Positions 1 through 11,975 are shown, numbered from the stretch's first letter. The stretch is 64,000 nucleotides of DNA from Raja brachyura (GCA_963514005.1 OY740791.1:60326001-60390000), one strand, 5' to 3'. Made by a program: numbers and translations. Notes: generated from the letters alone by a model not told the origin.

Positions 1-696
1 TACACCTGCAATGTTGTTAGGGAGGAGGTTCCAGGGTTTGGATCTAGAGACAGTGAAGAATGTCAGGTCAGGACAGGACAGTGTGTTCGATTAGAGCACC
101 AGGTAGTGGTGCAGTCACACCTTTTGTTTTCACTATCAATGTTCTCAATATATAGTCTTAGATCGCTGATAAGAACTGGTGGGAGTGGTTTCTTTAGTTA
201 CATTCTGTTCCACAATTCCCTGTGCCTCAAGTTGAGGGAAAAATTTGCAATTTCACCACCTGTGGTGTGCTAAATCCTTGCAGCTACACCAGGAAATCGC
301 AATGCAGATAATCTTCGGCTCTTTAAGACATAGATTATCTACTGTGCATCTGGGGCAGTTTATCTGGGTTGAAAGGTTGACTGAGCCATTTTTTTTTAAT
401 GCTACCATCCACACCGATCTTATTTTGGCCAGGGATGTCTTGATAACAATTGGACCATAGCAACCTTGACCAAACCTCCTGCCTATTTGAGCAGCCTTGA
501 TGTTAATTGCCTGTCTTCATTCGTGACTCTGGCTAGGATCAAGGCAAACAGAAACCAGACTTAAGGTCTTGTGTGCAACGTCGACGCAGCTGGGAAAATA
601 TCTGTCGCTGGCTCACTTAATTGTTCAAGCTTACTTCCAACATGAAAGTGGCTCAACTTATTCTATGTTGCCAAATATTTCTTAAATTAATTTCAG

Positions 697-892
697 GGCA
701 TTTGCAGGGGCCACCGTCCACGATTGCTTCAATTGGCTCTCTGTGCTGGTACTGCTGCCAATTGAGGTTGCTAGCGGCTTCCTGTACCGGCTGACCAAGG
801 TGGTGGTGGGGAGCTTCAAAATCCAAACAGGGAAGGATGCACCCAACCTTCTCGGTATCATTACCGACCCATTCACCGACCACATTATACAG
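697..892 (+). CDS. slc34a1: Na+/phosphate cotransporter type II, internal coding exon (196 bp; first in window)
   Basis: tttcag|G acceptor and CAG|gtttgg donor. Encodes [65 protein letters not shown], the SLC34 segment with the IIa-type HDCFNW. Confidence 0.95.
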
Positions 893-984
893 GTTTGGAC
901 ATCAGTTGTTAACAATGGCTGCTTGTGTTACATGTTCTTCAGATGATAATCGTGATCTATTTGGATTAATGGTACCCAGTGATG

Positions 985-1330
985 GTGGCACAATGGCACA
1001 GCAGGTGGTACTGTTGCCTCACACCTACAGGAACCGGGGGTTCAATCCTGACCTTGGGTGCTCTCTGTGTGGTGTTTGCGCCTGAGGTCAGAACATGGTA
1101 CTGTGTGGGTGATCTGGTATCCTCCAACACCCTGAAAGATGTACTGATGGGTTAATTGCCTGCTTTACCTTGCCCAGCAGTGCAGGGTGATTGCAACAAT
1201 AATCATATGTATGCAAGAATACATTCTGAGGTGCAGGAAAACTAAGACAGGTGGAATGGGCCTAATGGTCCTGCTCCCTCAAGAGCCAGCATTAGCCCAA
1301 TGGACTAAATGGTCGCTTTTCATGTTATTA
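985..1330 (+). mobile_element. old tRNA-derived SINE (HE1-like), degenerate
   Basis: ggtggcacaatggcacagcaggt ... ggttcaatcctgacc (A/B-box-like head) followed by the typical body. Confidence 0.6.
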
Positions 1331-1369
1331 TAATCTAAGGCAGGTATAAGATAGAATAACAAGGTGTCA

Positions 1370-1466
1370 AACAAGGTCTGAAGAAGGGTCTCGACCCAAA
1401 ACGTCGCCTTTTCATTCGCTCCATAGATGCTGCCTCACCTGCTGAATTTCTCCAGCTTTTTAGTCT
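1370..1466 (+). mobile_element. short PLE-derived insertion with hammerhead-like core and 14-bp TSD
   Basis: ataacaaggtgtca is duplicated at 1356-1369 and 1467-1480. Contains ctgaagaagggtctcgacccaaaacgtc. Confidence 0.75.
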
Positions 1467-2259
1467 ATAACAAGGTGTCAGGTAAGTTTGCAGCATAACT
1501 ATTAGTGTGGCCTGAATCGAATGCTATTAAGGATGAAAAAAATGATAGATTTCAGATTTTTGTTTCTACCTCATCACCCAAAGAAGAACCTTTGTTTATT
1601 AGAGGCTGGAATGATAAACAATTCATGTAGTTAAGCAAAGTTACACGACTGATTTACTTTTTGCACATCCTTCAAAGCCTTTTTAAATATCAGTGGTTGT
1701 GCAATAACACTGTAGATAATTACACTTTCCTTAATGTAACATTAGTCAGTCAACTCAAAGCAAAGATCAAACCAATTAAAGGTTGCTTTGACTATGAATG
1801 AGCCACACATTGACCAGAGCTGCGGATGTAACAGGTCTTTATTTAGCACATGTAGACATGCGGAGAAGAGTGATGCATCATGCAAACTAGAAGAACATAA
1901 TCTCACTTTTCTTTCTCTACCCCCATTCACATTTTCCTTTCTCCTCCTCCTGCTACTCATCTCCCACCACTCCCTTCTCTGAGTCCCCATTTTAATTTTA
2001 TTCCACTTTCCCCCTTTCCCCTCTCCCCTGTCCCCTTCCACCTATATCCCTCCCTCCAGCATTACATTCCACTCGTCCCCTTGCTTCCTTACCTGCTACC
2101 CCTTTGTCTCCATTTCATCTCTCGCATTTGTTACAATCTCCACCCATCTGCCAGTTGCTCCTCATCACTTGTATCCACCTATCACTTGCCAATGTTTGCA
2201 CCATTCAATGCTACCATTTCTTCCCATCTATGCCATCTGTCAGAAGTATGAACAAGGAG

Positions 2260-3015
2260 GCAGATTATTAACTCAATGATTTCAGATTAGGAAAAGGGGA
2301 TGTGCAACGAGACCTGGGTGTCATTGTACACCAGTCACTGAAAGTAGACATGCTGGTACAGCAGGCAGTGAAGAAAGCTTCTGGCATGTTGGCCTTCATA
2401 GCAAAGGATTTCAGTATAGAGTAAGGAGGTCCTTCTGCAGTTGCACAGGGCCCTGGTGAGACCACATCTGTGCAGCTTTGGTCTCCTAATTTGAGGAAGT
2501 GCATCCTTGCTATTGAGGCAGTGCAGCGTAGGTTCATGAGGTTAACCCCCAGGATGGCGGGACTGTCATATGAGGAGTGATTGGAAAGACTGGGCTTGTA
2601 TTCACTGGAATTTAAAAGGATGAAAGGGGATCTTATAGAAACGTATAAAATTATAAAAGGACTGGTCAAGCTAGATGCAAGAAAAATGTTTACTATGTTG
2701 GGGGAGTCCAGAACCAGGGACCACAGTCTAAGAATAAAGGGAAGGCCATTTAAAACTTAGATGAGAAAAAACTTTTTCACCGAGAGTTGTGAATTTGTGG
2801 AATTCTCTGCCACAAAAAGCAGTAGAGGCCAATTCACTGGATGAATTTAAAAGAGAGTTAGATAGGGCTCTAGGGGATAGCGGAATCAAGGGATATGGGG
2901 AAAAGGCAGGCAAGGGTTACTGATTGTGGATGATCAGCTATGATCACAATGAATGATTGTGCAGGCTCCAAGGGCCAAATGGCCTCCTCCTGCACCTATT
3001 TTCTATGTTTCTACT
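2260..3015 (+). mobile_element. CR1 (HER1-like) LINE 3' fragment
   Basis: Degenerate RT C-terminus (QQAVKKA.GML.FI, VQFWSP, TRGHSL) followed by the CR1 3' UTR and a ttctatgt tail. Confidence 0.9.
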
Positions 3016-3317
3016 TTTTTTGTATTAGGGTCCCAACCTAAAAGGCTGTTGTTCCATTTCTCACCACAGATGCTGACTGGCCCGCTCCTCCGGCACTTTC
3101 ACTTTGTTTTTTTTTGCAGAAGGGATATGGTGGGAGAATCTCTTGCAGGATTCTCGTTGGAAATGCTCTCAGGACAGAGTATGCACCAGATGTGAGGTTA
3201 TCCTCTTTTGTGGCAAAAACAGGAGGGTAGACTATTATCTGAATGGTGGCAAATTAGGAAAAGGGGAGATGCAACGAGACCTGGGTGTCATGGTACACCA
3301 ATCATTGAAAGTAGGCA

Positions 3318-3547
3318 GGGTTACACAAAAAGCTGGAGAAACTCAGCGGGTGCAGCAGCATCTAAGGAGTGAAGGAGATAGGCGACGTTTCGGGTCGAGA
3401 CCCTTCTTCAGACTGTGTCTGAAGAAGGGTCTCGACCCGAAACGTCGCCTATCTCCTTCACTCCTTAGATGCTGCTGCACCCGCTGAGTTTCTCCAGCTT
3501 TTTGTGTAACCCTCGATTCTCCAGCATCTGCAGTTCCTTCTTTAACA
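3318..3547. mobile_element. palindromic PLE-derived insertion with 15-bp TSD
   Basis: TSD cattgaaagtaggca at 3303-3317 and 3548-3562. Perfect 97-bp inverted arms at 3317-3413 and 3417-3513. Confidence 0.85.
3419..3446 (+). ncRNA. minimal hammerhead ribozyme-like core in PLE terminal repeat
   Basis: CTGAAGA-A-GGGTC tc GACCC-GAAAC-GTC matches CUGANGA / stem II / GAAA / NUH with a palindromic ACGT stem III. A mirror copy lies on the - strand at 3384-3411. Confidence 0.65.
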
Positions 3548-4472
3548 CATTGAAAGTAGGCATGCAGGTGCAGCAAGCAGTGAAGAAAGCAAATGGCATG
3601 TTAGCATTCATAGCTAAAGGATTTGAGTACAGGAGCAGGGAGGTTCTACTGCAGTTGTACAGGGTTTTGGTGAGACCACACCTGGAGAATTGTGTACAGT
3701 TTTGGTCTCCAAATCTGAGAAAATACATTCTTGCCATAGAGGGGGTACAGAGAAGGTTCACCAGACTGATTCCTGGGATGTCAGGACTTTCATATGAGAA
3801 AGACTGGATAGACTTGGCTTGTACTCACTAGAATTTAGAAGACTGAGGGGGGACCTTATAGAAACACACAAAATTCTTAAAGGGTTGGATAGGCTAGATG
3901 CAGGAAGATTGTTCCCGATGTTGGGGAGGTCCGGAACAAGGGGTCACAGTCTAAGGATAAGGAGGAATTCCTTTAGGACCGAGATGAGGAAAACATTTTT
4001 CACACAGAGAGTCGTGAGTCTCTGGAATTCTCTGCCACAGAAGGTAGTTGAGGCCGGTTCATTGGCTATATTTAAGAGGGAGTTATATGTGGCCCTTGTG
4101 GCTAAAGGGATCAGGGGGTATGGAGAGAAGGCAGGTACAGGATACTGAGTTGGATGATCAGCCATAATCATATTGAATGGTGGTGCAGGCTCGAAGGGCA
4201 GAATGGCCTACTCCTGCACCTATTTTCTATGTTTCTATGTTTCTATCTTCTCCTGGATGTCTGCTTGTTCCAAATAAAGACCTTCTACATCTGCAGCCTT
4301 GGTCTCCGCATGGCTCATTCAAGGTCAACACATAAATCATTCCAAACATTCAAGAAACAGTTTTAATTAATTAGTTAGTTCATTGCAGTTACAAAGCAAT
4401 CAACAAAATTAATCTTACTACATTGTTTCAAATTTATTCAGAATAGAATCTGCATAATAGGTTTCTCTTTGC

Positions 4473-4640
4473 CAGTCAGTCAGTCAATTTTATTTCTATA
4501 GCACATTTAAAACACAACTCTTGTTGACCAAAGTGCTTTACTTTGGTGGAGGTACTAACATTATACAACAGTGGTTCATCGATTAAATACAAACATCACT
4601 ACATACATATAGCCCTCGCTCCGAGGACGTCAAGGAAGGC
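4473..4640 (-). mobile_element. L2-like LINE 3' end fragment
   Basis: (cagt)n tail followed by tttatttctatagcacatttaa...ccaaagtgcttta, typical of fish L2-type 3' ends. Confidence 0.5.
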
Positions 4641-4935
4641 TTTTTTTTTTCCTTTACAAAATGCTTTTAATCAGAACAAACATAGTAACACGATCAGAGA
4701 ATGCCTATATTGGCATTTTACAAATAAAGTTATCAAATTAAAATATTAACATTATTATCAATAATGCATTCGACCTCCTGCGGTGACCAGCGTTTACGGA
4801 AAGCCTCCACAGTTCCTGTGGACACCGCGTGTTCCCTCTCCAGGGACACGCGGGCACGGGCGTAATCCCGGAAAAGGGGCAGACATTCGACTGCTGTGCG
4901 GCCGTCGACTGCCCGCTGCCTGGACCCGTCAAGGA
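4641..4935 (-). mobile_element. Tx1/L1-like LINE 3' fragment
   Basis: Poly-T start on the + strand, then an AT-rich UTR and a GC-rich ORF2-like C-terminus (FRKRWSPQ on the - strand). Confidence 0.5.
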
Positions 4936-5184
4936 AGGCTTGGGAGTAGAGATGAGTTTTAAGTCTCGTTTCTCTTTACCTTGTGACTTGTGAGATGAAG
5001 GATACCCCAATGAAATATATAAATATGTTATATTACTGCCAATTATATGCCTGGCTCTTCTCCTGGTTGTTAGTTTTTAACTTTAATTGAAGTCAAGAAT
5101 GTTGTTCAACTATATTTGAATTAAATAAGATCATGTACGATAAGCCAATGATTGAAAACAATGGCTAGAAAGGTTTTGTTAAAA

Positions 5185-5595
5185 CCATATAAACCATATA
5201 ACAATTACAGCACGGAAACAGGCCCTCTCGGCCCTTCCAGTCCGTGCTGACCATTTATTTTCCCCTAGTCCCATCTACCTGCACTCAGACAATACCCCTC
5301 CATTCCCTTCCCGCCCATATACCTATCCACTTTACTTTTAAATGTTAAAATCGATCCTGCCTCCACCATTTCTGCTGGAAGATCATTCCACACAGCCACC
5401 ACTCTCTGAGTAAAGAAGTTCCCCCTCATGTTACCCCTAAACTTCTGTCCCTTAATTCTCATGTCATGCCCTCTTGTTTGAATCTTCCCTACCCTCAATG
5501 GGAAAGGTTTATCCACATCAACTCTGTCTATCCCTTTCATAATTTTAAAGACCTCAATCAAGTCCCCCCTTAACCTTCTGTGCTCCAAAGAATAA
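5185..5595 (-). mobile_element. CR1 LINE 3' fragment
   Basis: ORF 5265-5753(-) contains YSLEHRRLRGDLIEVFKIMKG...TRGH...FFTQRVV. Confidence 0.9.
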
Positions 5596-5823
5596 AGAAT
5601 AATTTCCAAAGAATTCCAAAGAATATTTTCCCGAATATATTTTGATGAAAAAATGGCGTAAGAGCTCCACTGGAAAAGATGTCTGTGCACTTTATCCTGC
5701 AACTGATCATGAGTACATTTTGCATCCTTTAATTCACAATGCATAATGCACAATGCTTGAGAGATTTCAAAGTAATAAACAATATTTAGAAGATATTATC
5801 TAAAATTAGTTCATATTTTCCAG

Positions 5824-5919
5824 CTGGATAAATCTGTAATCACTGCCATAGCAATTGGAGATGAAAGTTTTCGGAATAAGAGTCTTGTGAAGATATGGTG
5901 CATAACAAGAACTGTACAG
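5824..5919 (+). CDS. slc34a1: SLC34 coding exon (96 bp)
   Basis: ttttccag|CTG ... CAG|gtaagg. Encodes LDKSVITAIAIGDESFRNKSLVKIWCITRTVQ, the start of the large extracellular loop. Phase 0-0 fits its neighbours. Confidence 0.95.
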
Positions 5920-6118
5920 GTAAGGAAGTATCTTGGCCATTGGGAAAGTAAAACCAAAAATTGTCTCCTCCTAGGGCTTCTCTATTGTTGCTTTGGAGTG
6001 CAGTGGTCTTGAATTGGTTCAGAATTCATGCACGAGGGATATTAATATTGTTGGACTAGAATAGCGGATTGCATTAATATAGTGACTGGAACACAGGATG
6101 GTATGCAATGAAGTGTAA

Positions 6119-6350
6119 TGCCCCTGTCCCACTTAGGAAACCTGAACGGAAACCTCTGGAGACTTTGTGCCCCACCCAAGGTTTCCGTGCGGTTCCCGGA
6201 GGTTTTTTCAATTTTTTGATATAATCGCTGGAACATAGAAGAAGCGGTAACCACTTTCGACCATTAGGGAGAGTGACAAAAACCTCCGGGAACCGCACGG
6301 AAACCTTGGGTGGGGCGCAAAGTCTACAGAGGTTTACGTTCAGGTTTCCG
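6119..6350. mobile_element. Harbinger-like MITE, one end truncated
   Basis: taa|tgcccctgtcccact terminus and an internally palindromic body shared with 51818-52232. Confidence 0.7.
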
Positions 6351-6784
6351 AAATAGATCCAGTCAAAGCTGGGGAAGTGAGCTTGGATGACTTAACGCTG
6401 GAACTAGGAAGTGGGTTTTAAGGAAGATGCTTTTGGAGTGAGAAAGAGAGGAAGAGAGCTGGACAGAGACAGCAGGAATAGTGATGAGGGCAGAAATGTA
6501 TACAAAAAAACCGGAGTCAGACTACTTGGGCACTGAGGGTATTGAAGCCACAATGATCTTAGAGGCCAGAAGGTCTGCTATGTATTGACAGATGAAGGTT
6601 AGGAGGTTGGTACAACTGCTGCTACATATTCTTATTTGATATTAAACTCACAGATGAGCTTGAATTTCAGCACAGATTCACCTCGATTGGCCACTGACAA
6701 TATTGTCCCTTTAGCTATCTATTTAACCCAATAGAGTAAAATAAGGATAATCTGATATGTAATTGTACAGGCTCTGATTTGTTC

Positions 6785-6950
6785 TGTACCTTTTCATACC
6801 TCTTGTCTCGTTCTCCCCTGACCATCAGTCTCAAGAATGGTCTCAACCTGAAACGTCACCTATTCCTTTTCTCCAGAGATGCTGTCTGACCCGCTGAGTT
6901 ACTCCAGCATTTTGTGTCTATCTTCGGTGTAAACCAAGTTCCTTCCTGTG
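6785..6950 (+). mobile_element. PLE-derived terminal repeat, degenerate
   Basis: cagtctcaagaatggtctcaacctgaaacgtcacc...gatgctg...ctgagttactccagc. Confidence 0.7.
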
Positions 6951-7632
6951 CAGAAATCCAAGGTGATTCCACATATGGTTTACTGGATTTGGGTTCAAGA
7001 GCTCACCTTAAAATTACAATTAGTTCTGCTAGAACATGATAGATGTTTTCCCAAGAAACCTTGTTTTATAGACAATCATGTTAGAGAAACAATTTTGTTA
7101 AATGATGAAAATTGGTTTAGAGGCTAAATAGTTTCAGACTTGCAATATTTGTCCTTTATAACAGCTTTAAATGTAATTTTGTTAGTGCAAGCAAAAAGTA
7201 TGAAAGGCTGCATGTTATATTGTCTAACAGAGTACCACAAGTATCAATAGAAGCAATGGTTTATCAACTTCAATGGCCATCTGGTGTAAAACAGGCAGAC
7301 TGTTTTCTGAAGGGAAATGGCACCTTATAACTGTGGGAGGCTATATAGTTTTTTTTTCTCTCCGAGACTGTTATTTGCAAGACAATATTTTTTCTGCTTG
7401 TTAATTTCCAAAGTAACTTTTAAGTAGTTCTCTGGTACCTCTTGGCTTGTATATTACAAACAGTGTTCCCTAATTCATTAATTGCATTATATTAAATGTT
7501 GTGGTATAGAAACAGAACTCTCTGTACTTGTTCACTGGAAACTTATTTATATTACTTTGTCACATGTTAAAATAAGTAATGACTTAAAGCTGTATTGGAT
7601 TATGAATAGGAGTGGTATCCAAGAGACTGGAA

Positions 7633-7890
7633 AATGTAGAAAGGAACTGCAGATGCTGGCTTAAACCGAACATAGACAAAAAAAGCTGGAGTAACTCATT
7701 GAGTCAGACAGCATCTCTGGAGAATAGGAATAGGAGATCTTTTGGATCGAGATCCTTCCTCAGAGTGTGAGGCAAAAGCGAAACAAAAGATATGGATGGT
7801 GATATAGAGAGATATACAACAAATGAATGAAAGATATGCAGAAAAGCAACAATGATAAAGGAAACAGGCCATTGTTAGCTGTGGGTGAGG
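7633..7890 (-). mobile_element. PLE-derived terminal repeat
   Basis: ggaactgcagatgctgg...gctggagtaactca, matching 37355-37570. Confidence 0.7.
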
Positions 7891-8359
7891 TGATAAAGAC
7901 ACTGTCAAAGACATAAGCATGTCAGATTATCAGAGTTTTACTGCAGTGAAAAGATCTTTTAGCTGTTCGCTTGGTTATGCCAGTGACATGGGATTGCATT
8001 ACCTTCCCTTGCATTTACCATCCTTCCTGTAGCTATGCATTCGCTGTTTGGCTGCAATTGGTGGATTTTTTTTTTCTAAGCAAGTAATCCAGCCAACAAG
8101 CTGGCCAATGGGTCAAATGATGCTGAGAGAGAAACAAAATGAACAAAAGGAAATGAGAGAGGAAATAAAATAGAAAGAGAGGAAGAGAAACTGAAAAATA
8201 AATACAGAAATATTTAAAAAAAACTTGTTTAAATTAAACAAAAACCAATGGCTTTGAGGAAAATAATTACTAAAACAAGGGCAGTGGAGGGAATGGGACA
8301 ATAATTGAGTGAAACTTTGTCTTACTTGAATGCATTTTTAATTAATGTTACTTTAATAG

Positions 8360-9268
8360 AATGGGAGGAGACATAGCTTTAAGATAAGTGGGACAAGTTT
8401 AAAGATGTGCTGGGCACAATCCTTACACTGAGCATGGTGGGTGCCAGGGATATTATGCCAGAGGCATCGTGGAGGTGGAGGTGGAGGTAGGTATGATAGT
8501 GGCATTTCAGAGGCTTTTACATTGGCACACGGACATGTAGGGAATTGAATGATATGGATCATGTGCAGATGGATGATATTATTTTTAGTTTATCCTGGCA
8601 CCACGTTTGGCACATACATGTTGTTCTGTAGAACCTGTTCCTGTGCTGTACGTTTCCAGGTCCTAATGACTATTCTGGGAATATCAGTGGTCTTTATTGC
8701 AATCCTTTGATGATACTATTGTGTGCAATTTTGGTCACCTGATTTGAGGAAGGACATTCTTGCTATTGAGGGAATGCAGCGTAGGTTCACCAGGGTCATT
8801 CCCGGGATGGCAGGCTGACATTTGATGAAATAATGGGTCAACTGGGCTTGTATTCACTGGAATTTAGGATGAGAGGGAATCGAATAGAAACATGTAAAAT
8901 TCTAAAAGGATTGGACAGGCTAGATGCAGGAAAAATGTGCCCAATGTTGGGGGAGTGCAGAACCAGGGGTCACAGTTTATGAATAAAGGGTAGGCCATTT
9001 TGGACTGAGATGAGGAAAACCTTTTGATCCAGAGAGTTGTGAATCTGTGGAGTTCTCTGCCACAGAAGGCAGTGGAAGGCAATTCACTGGATGTTTTCAA
9101 GAGAGAGTTAGATTTAGCTCTGGGCTAAAGGAATCAAGGGATATGGGGGAAAAGTAGGAACGGAGTACTGATTTTGGATGATCAGCCATGATCATATTGA
9201 ATGGCGGTGCTGGCTCCAAGGGCCGAATGGCCTACTCCTGCACCTATTTTATATGTTTCTTTGTTTCT
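8360..9268 (+). mobile_element. two adjacent CR1 3' fragments (old ~8360-8665; younger ~8718-9268)
   Basis: CR1 RT C-terminal motifs and the 3' UTR gatcagccatgatc...ggcctactcctgcacc. Confidence 0.8.
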
Positions 9269-9399
9269 AAACGTTTGAAAAAAAAAATTTCAGCTCGATC
9301 AGACATTTATCCCTGCTTCTTCGGCCACTTTGATCTTGTAATAGCCTCACGCTTTCCGCAGTCTCTTTGTTAGAGCGGCTAACTGGTCCTTTCTTACAG

Positions 9400-9520
9400 G
9401 TGCAGGACAACATCACAGTAGACGGTCTGGATAAATGTACAACACCGGAAATGTGCTGGCAGGATAGGAACTACACATGGACCCTGGTCAACAGAACATA
9501 CAAAGAAAACATCGAGAAAT
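9400..9520 (+). CDS. slc34a1: SLC34 coding exon (121 bp), glycosylated extracellular loop
   Basis: ttcttacag|GTG ... AAAT|gtaggt. Encodes VQDNITVDGLDKCTTPEMCWQDRNYTWTLVNRTYKENIEK(C). Phase 0-1. Confidence 0.93.
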
Positions 9521-9804
9521 GTAGGTGGAAGAATAGTTATCCAGATTTGACTCTGATTTATATATTTGTGCAAATTCGAACCTGGATTTAGCAGACAGCA
9601 TTCTGCAAATGCCTCTGTTAAGTGACAGTAAAGAATTGTTACATTTGTCTTATCTCTTACCAATATGCTTTTACATACTTCATCTTAGTGCATTAATTTC
9701 CCAGACTTATCACTAAAAAATACTAGTCATAATTGTGCCACTGAAAATTTGTCTATGCTGTCTCTGAAAGGATCTGGGGGTATTTAGAGACAGATAACAG
9801 CTTC

Positions 9805-10552
9805 TACTATCTAAATGGCGTCGTAGGGAAAAGGGAAAGTACAGCGGGATCTGGGGGTCCTTGTACATCAGTCTATGAAAGTAAGCATGCAGGTACAGCA
9901 GGCAGTGAAGAAAGCGAATGGCATGTTGGCCTTTATAACAAGAGGAATCAAATATAGGAGCAAAGAGGTCCTTCTGCAGTTGTACAGAGCCCTAGTGAGA
10001 CCACACCTGGAGTATTGTGTGCAGTTTTGGTCCCCTACTTTGAGGAAGGACATTATTGCTATTGAGGACGTGCAGCGTAGTTCCCGCGATGGCTGGACTG
10101 TCATATGCTGAGAGAATGGAGCAGCTGGGCTTGTATACTCTGGAGTTTAGAAGGATGGGAGGGAATCTCATTGAAACAAATAAGATTGTTAAGGTTTTGG
10201 ACACACTAGAGGCAGGAAACATGTTCCCGATGTTGGGGGAGTCGAGAATCAGAGGCCACAGTTCAAGAATAAGGAGTAAGCCATTTAGAACGGAGATGAG
10301 GAAACACTTTTTCTCACAGAGAGTTGTGAGTCTGTGGAATTCTCTGCCTCAGAGGGCGGTGAAGGCAGGTTCTTTGGATGCTTTCAAGAGAGAGCTAGAT
10401 AGAGCTCTTAAAAATAGGGGTCAGGGGATATGGGGAGAAGGCAGGAACTAGGTACTGATTGGGGATGATCAGCCATGATTACATTGAATGGCTGTGCTGG
10501 CTCGAAGGGCCGAATGGCCTCCTCCTGCACCTATTGTTTATTGTCTATTGTC
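9805..10552 (+). mobile_element. CR1 LINE 3' fragment
   Basis: ORFs 9875-10111 and 10056-10451 (LVRPHLEYCVQFWSP), ending in a (tattgtc)n tail. Confidence 0.92.
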
Positions 10553-10624
10553 ATGCATTGTTAAGTGAGTATAACGGCATATTACTGCAGCTGCTGCCAT
10601 GTATTCTGGAAATCAACCTACAAC

Positions 10625-10822
10625 AGCAGGTCAGATAGCATCTCTGGAGAAAAGGAATAAATTACATTTTGGGACAAGACCCTCCTGCAGACTGAAGAAG
10701 GGTCTCGACCAAAACATCACATATTCCTTTTCTCCAGCGATGCTGTCTTACTGGCTGAGATACTACAGCCTTTTGTGTCTCTCTACGGTGTAAACCAGCA
10801 TCTGCAGTTCCTTCCCACACAT
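10625..10822 (+). mobile_element. palindromic PLE-derived element, degenerate
   Basis: Inverted half-copies around ctgaagaagggtctcgacc at 10692. Confidence 0.65.
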
Positions 10823-11824
10823 TAACCTACAACAGGTGAGTTTGAATTTGAGCACAGGTGTAGCCCTGCTGCCACTAAAATTTTGGACCATTTGTATTGT
10901 AACTATTCACAAGTTCGAATGCCTACGTATATATGTAGGCATGCCAATGTCTACACATTCAAACTATACACTTTACATGAATATGTTAGCTGTTCCCATT
11001 TTTCGCACCAAAGAATACTGATTCACTGCCATGTGCCCAACCATTGCACCAGGCTATCTGGCATTTTCCCAACATGATGCCTCTGTCACATACTTCCCCT
11101 TTCCTTCCCTTCAGCATTTTGATGTAACCATTCTCCCAGTACAATCAGGTTCATCCTTCCATCTCCACTGGTGCCCATTATACATCCCACAACATCTTTC
11201 CAAGCAGAACCTCTACTCTGGAGTTGACAACCTGTACTATGCAGAGGATCTTTGAAAAATTTCAAGCTTGAGGAATCTCCCACATGCTCTGTGGAAATGC
11301 ATCTTTTCAGTGCTCTCCTCTGCATACAGAAAGCGAGAATGTCCCATGTGGTACGTTACTCATCTCGACAGACCAAGAAAGGATCTGAGCTGAATAAACT
11401 GACTTTAACCAGTAAACTGTGAAGGTGCTAAAATCACTGACAACTGATATGCCAAGAACTCTGCTCCAAATTGATGCTGATGAGAATGGGATGCTGACAT
11501 GAACAGTAGGTGTTTCAGCTAAATCCACTTCTCCTTGAATACTTTGCACACCTGCCACCCTTCCTCACACTGAAAACTCAGTGTCCACATGATAAAAATG
11601 GCTAGTTGAGTAAGTTGTGATGACATGGCCAATTGAATCATCTCACATTGCCTTCAGAACATAAATGTCACTGCTCGGACAATTTAGTTGGTGAAAGACT
11701 CAAATTAGGATGTACTATTTCATCTGAATGGCTTTTTCTGTACCTAAATGTTCCAAATAACTTGATGCATTTTGGACTTGAGGTACAGAATGGTCATTCC
11801 TTGCTCTTCTGGGTAGATCAGAAG

Positions 11825-11975
11825 CTCATAAGGTCATCAGTGATCAGATTAGAATGGAATTAGGCCATTCGGCCCATCAAGTCTCCTCTGCCATTTAATC
11901 ATGGCTGATCTATGTGTCCATCCTAACCCCATTCTCCTGCCTTCTCCCCATAACCCATGACACCCGTACTAATCA
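11825..11975 (-). mobile_element. CR1 3' UTR fragment
   Basis: Reverse complement of ggagaaggcaggagaatgggg...gatcagccatgatt. Confidence 0.75.

Larger units (their letters stand above)
3188..4245 (+). mobile_element. CR1 LINE 3' fragment interrupted by a PLE palindrome
   Basis: ORFs 3469-3831 and 3819-4148 match the CR1 RT C-terminus. Ends in a (ttctatgt)n tail. Confidence 0.92.

Noticed and set aside
3104-3576. Mirror-image ORFs with the same peptide on both strands
   Set aside because: Artefact of the perfect palindrome, not coding.
11307-11558. 83-aa antisense ORF in an intron
   Set aside because: No recognisable domain or splice context. The length is compatible with chance.
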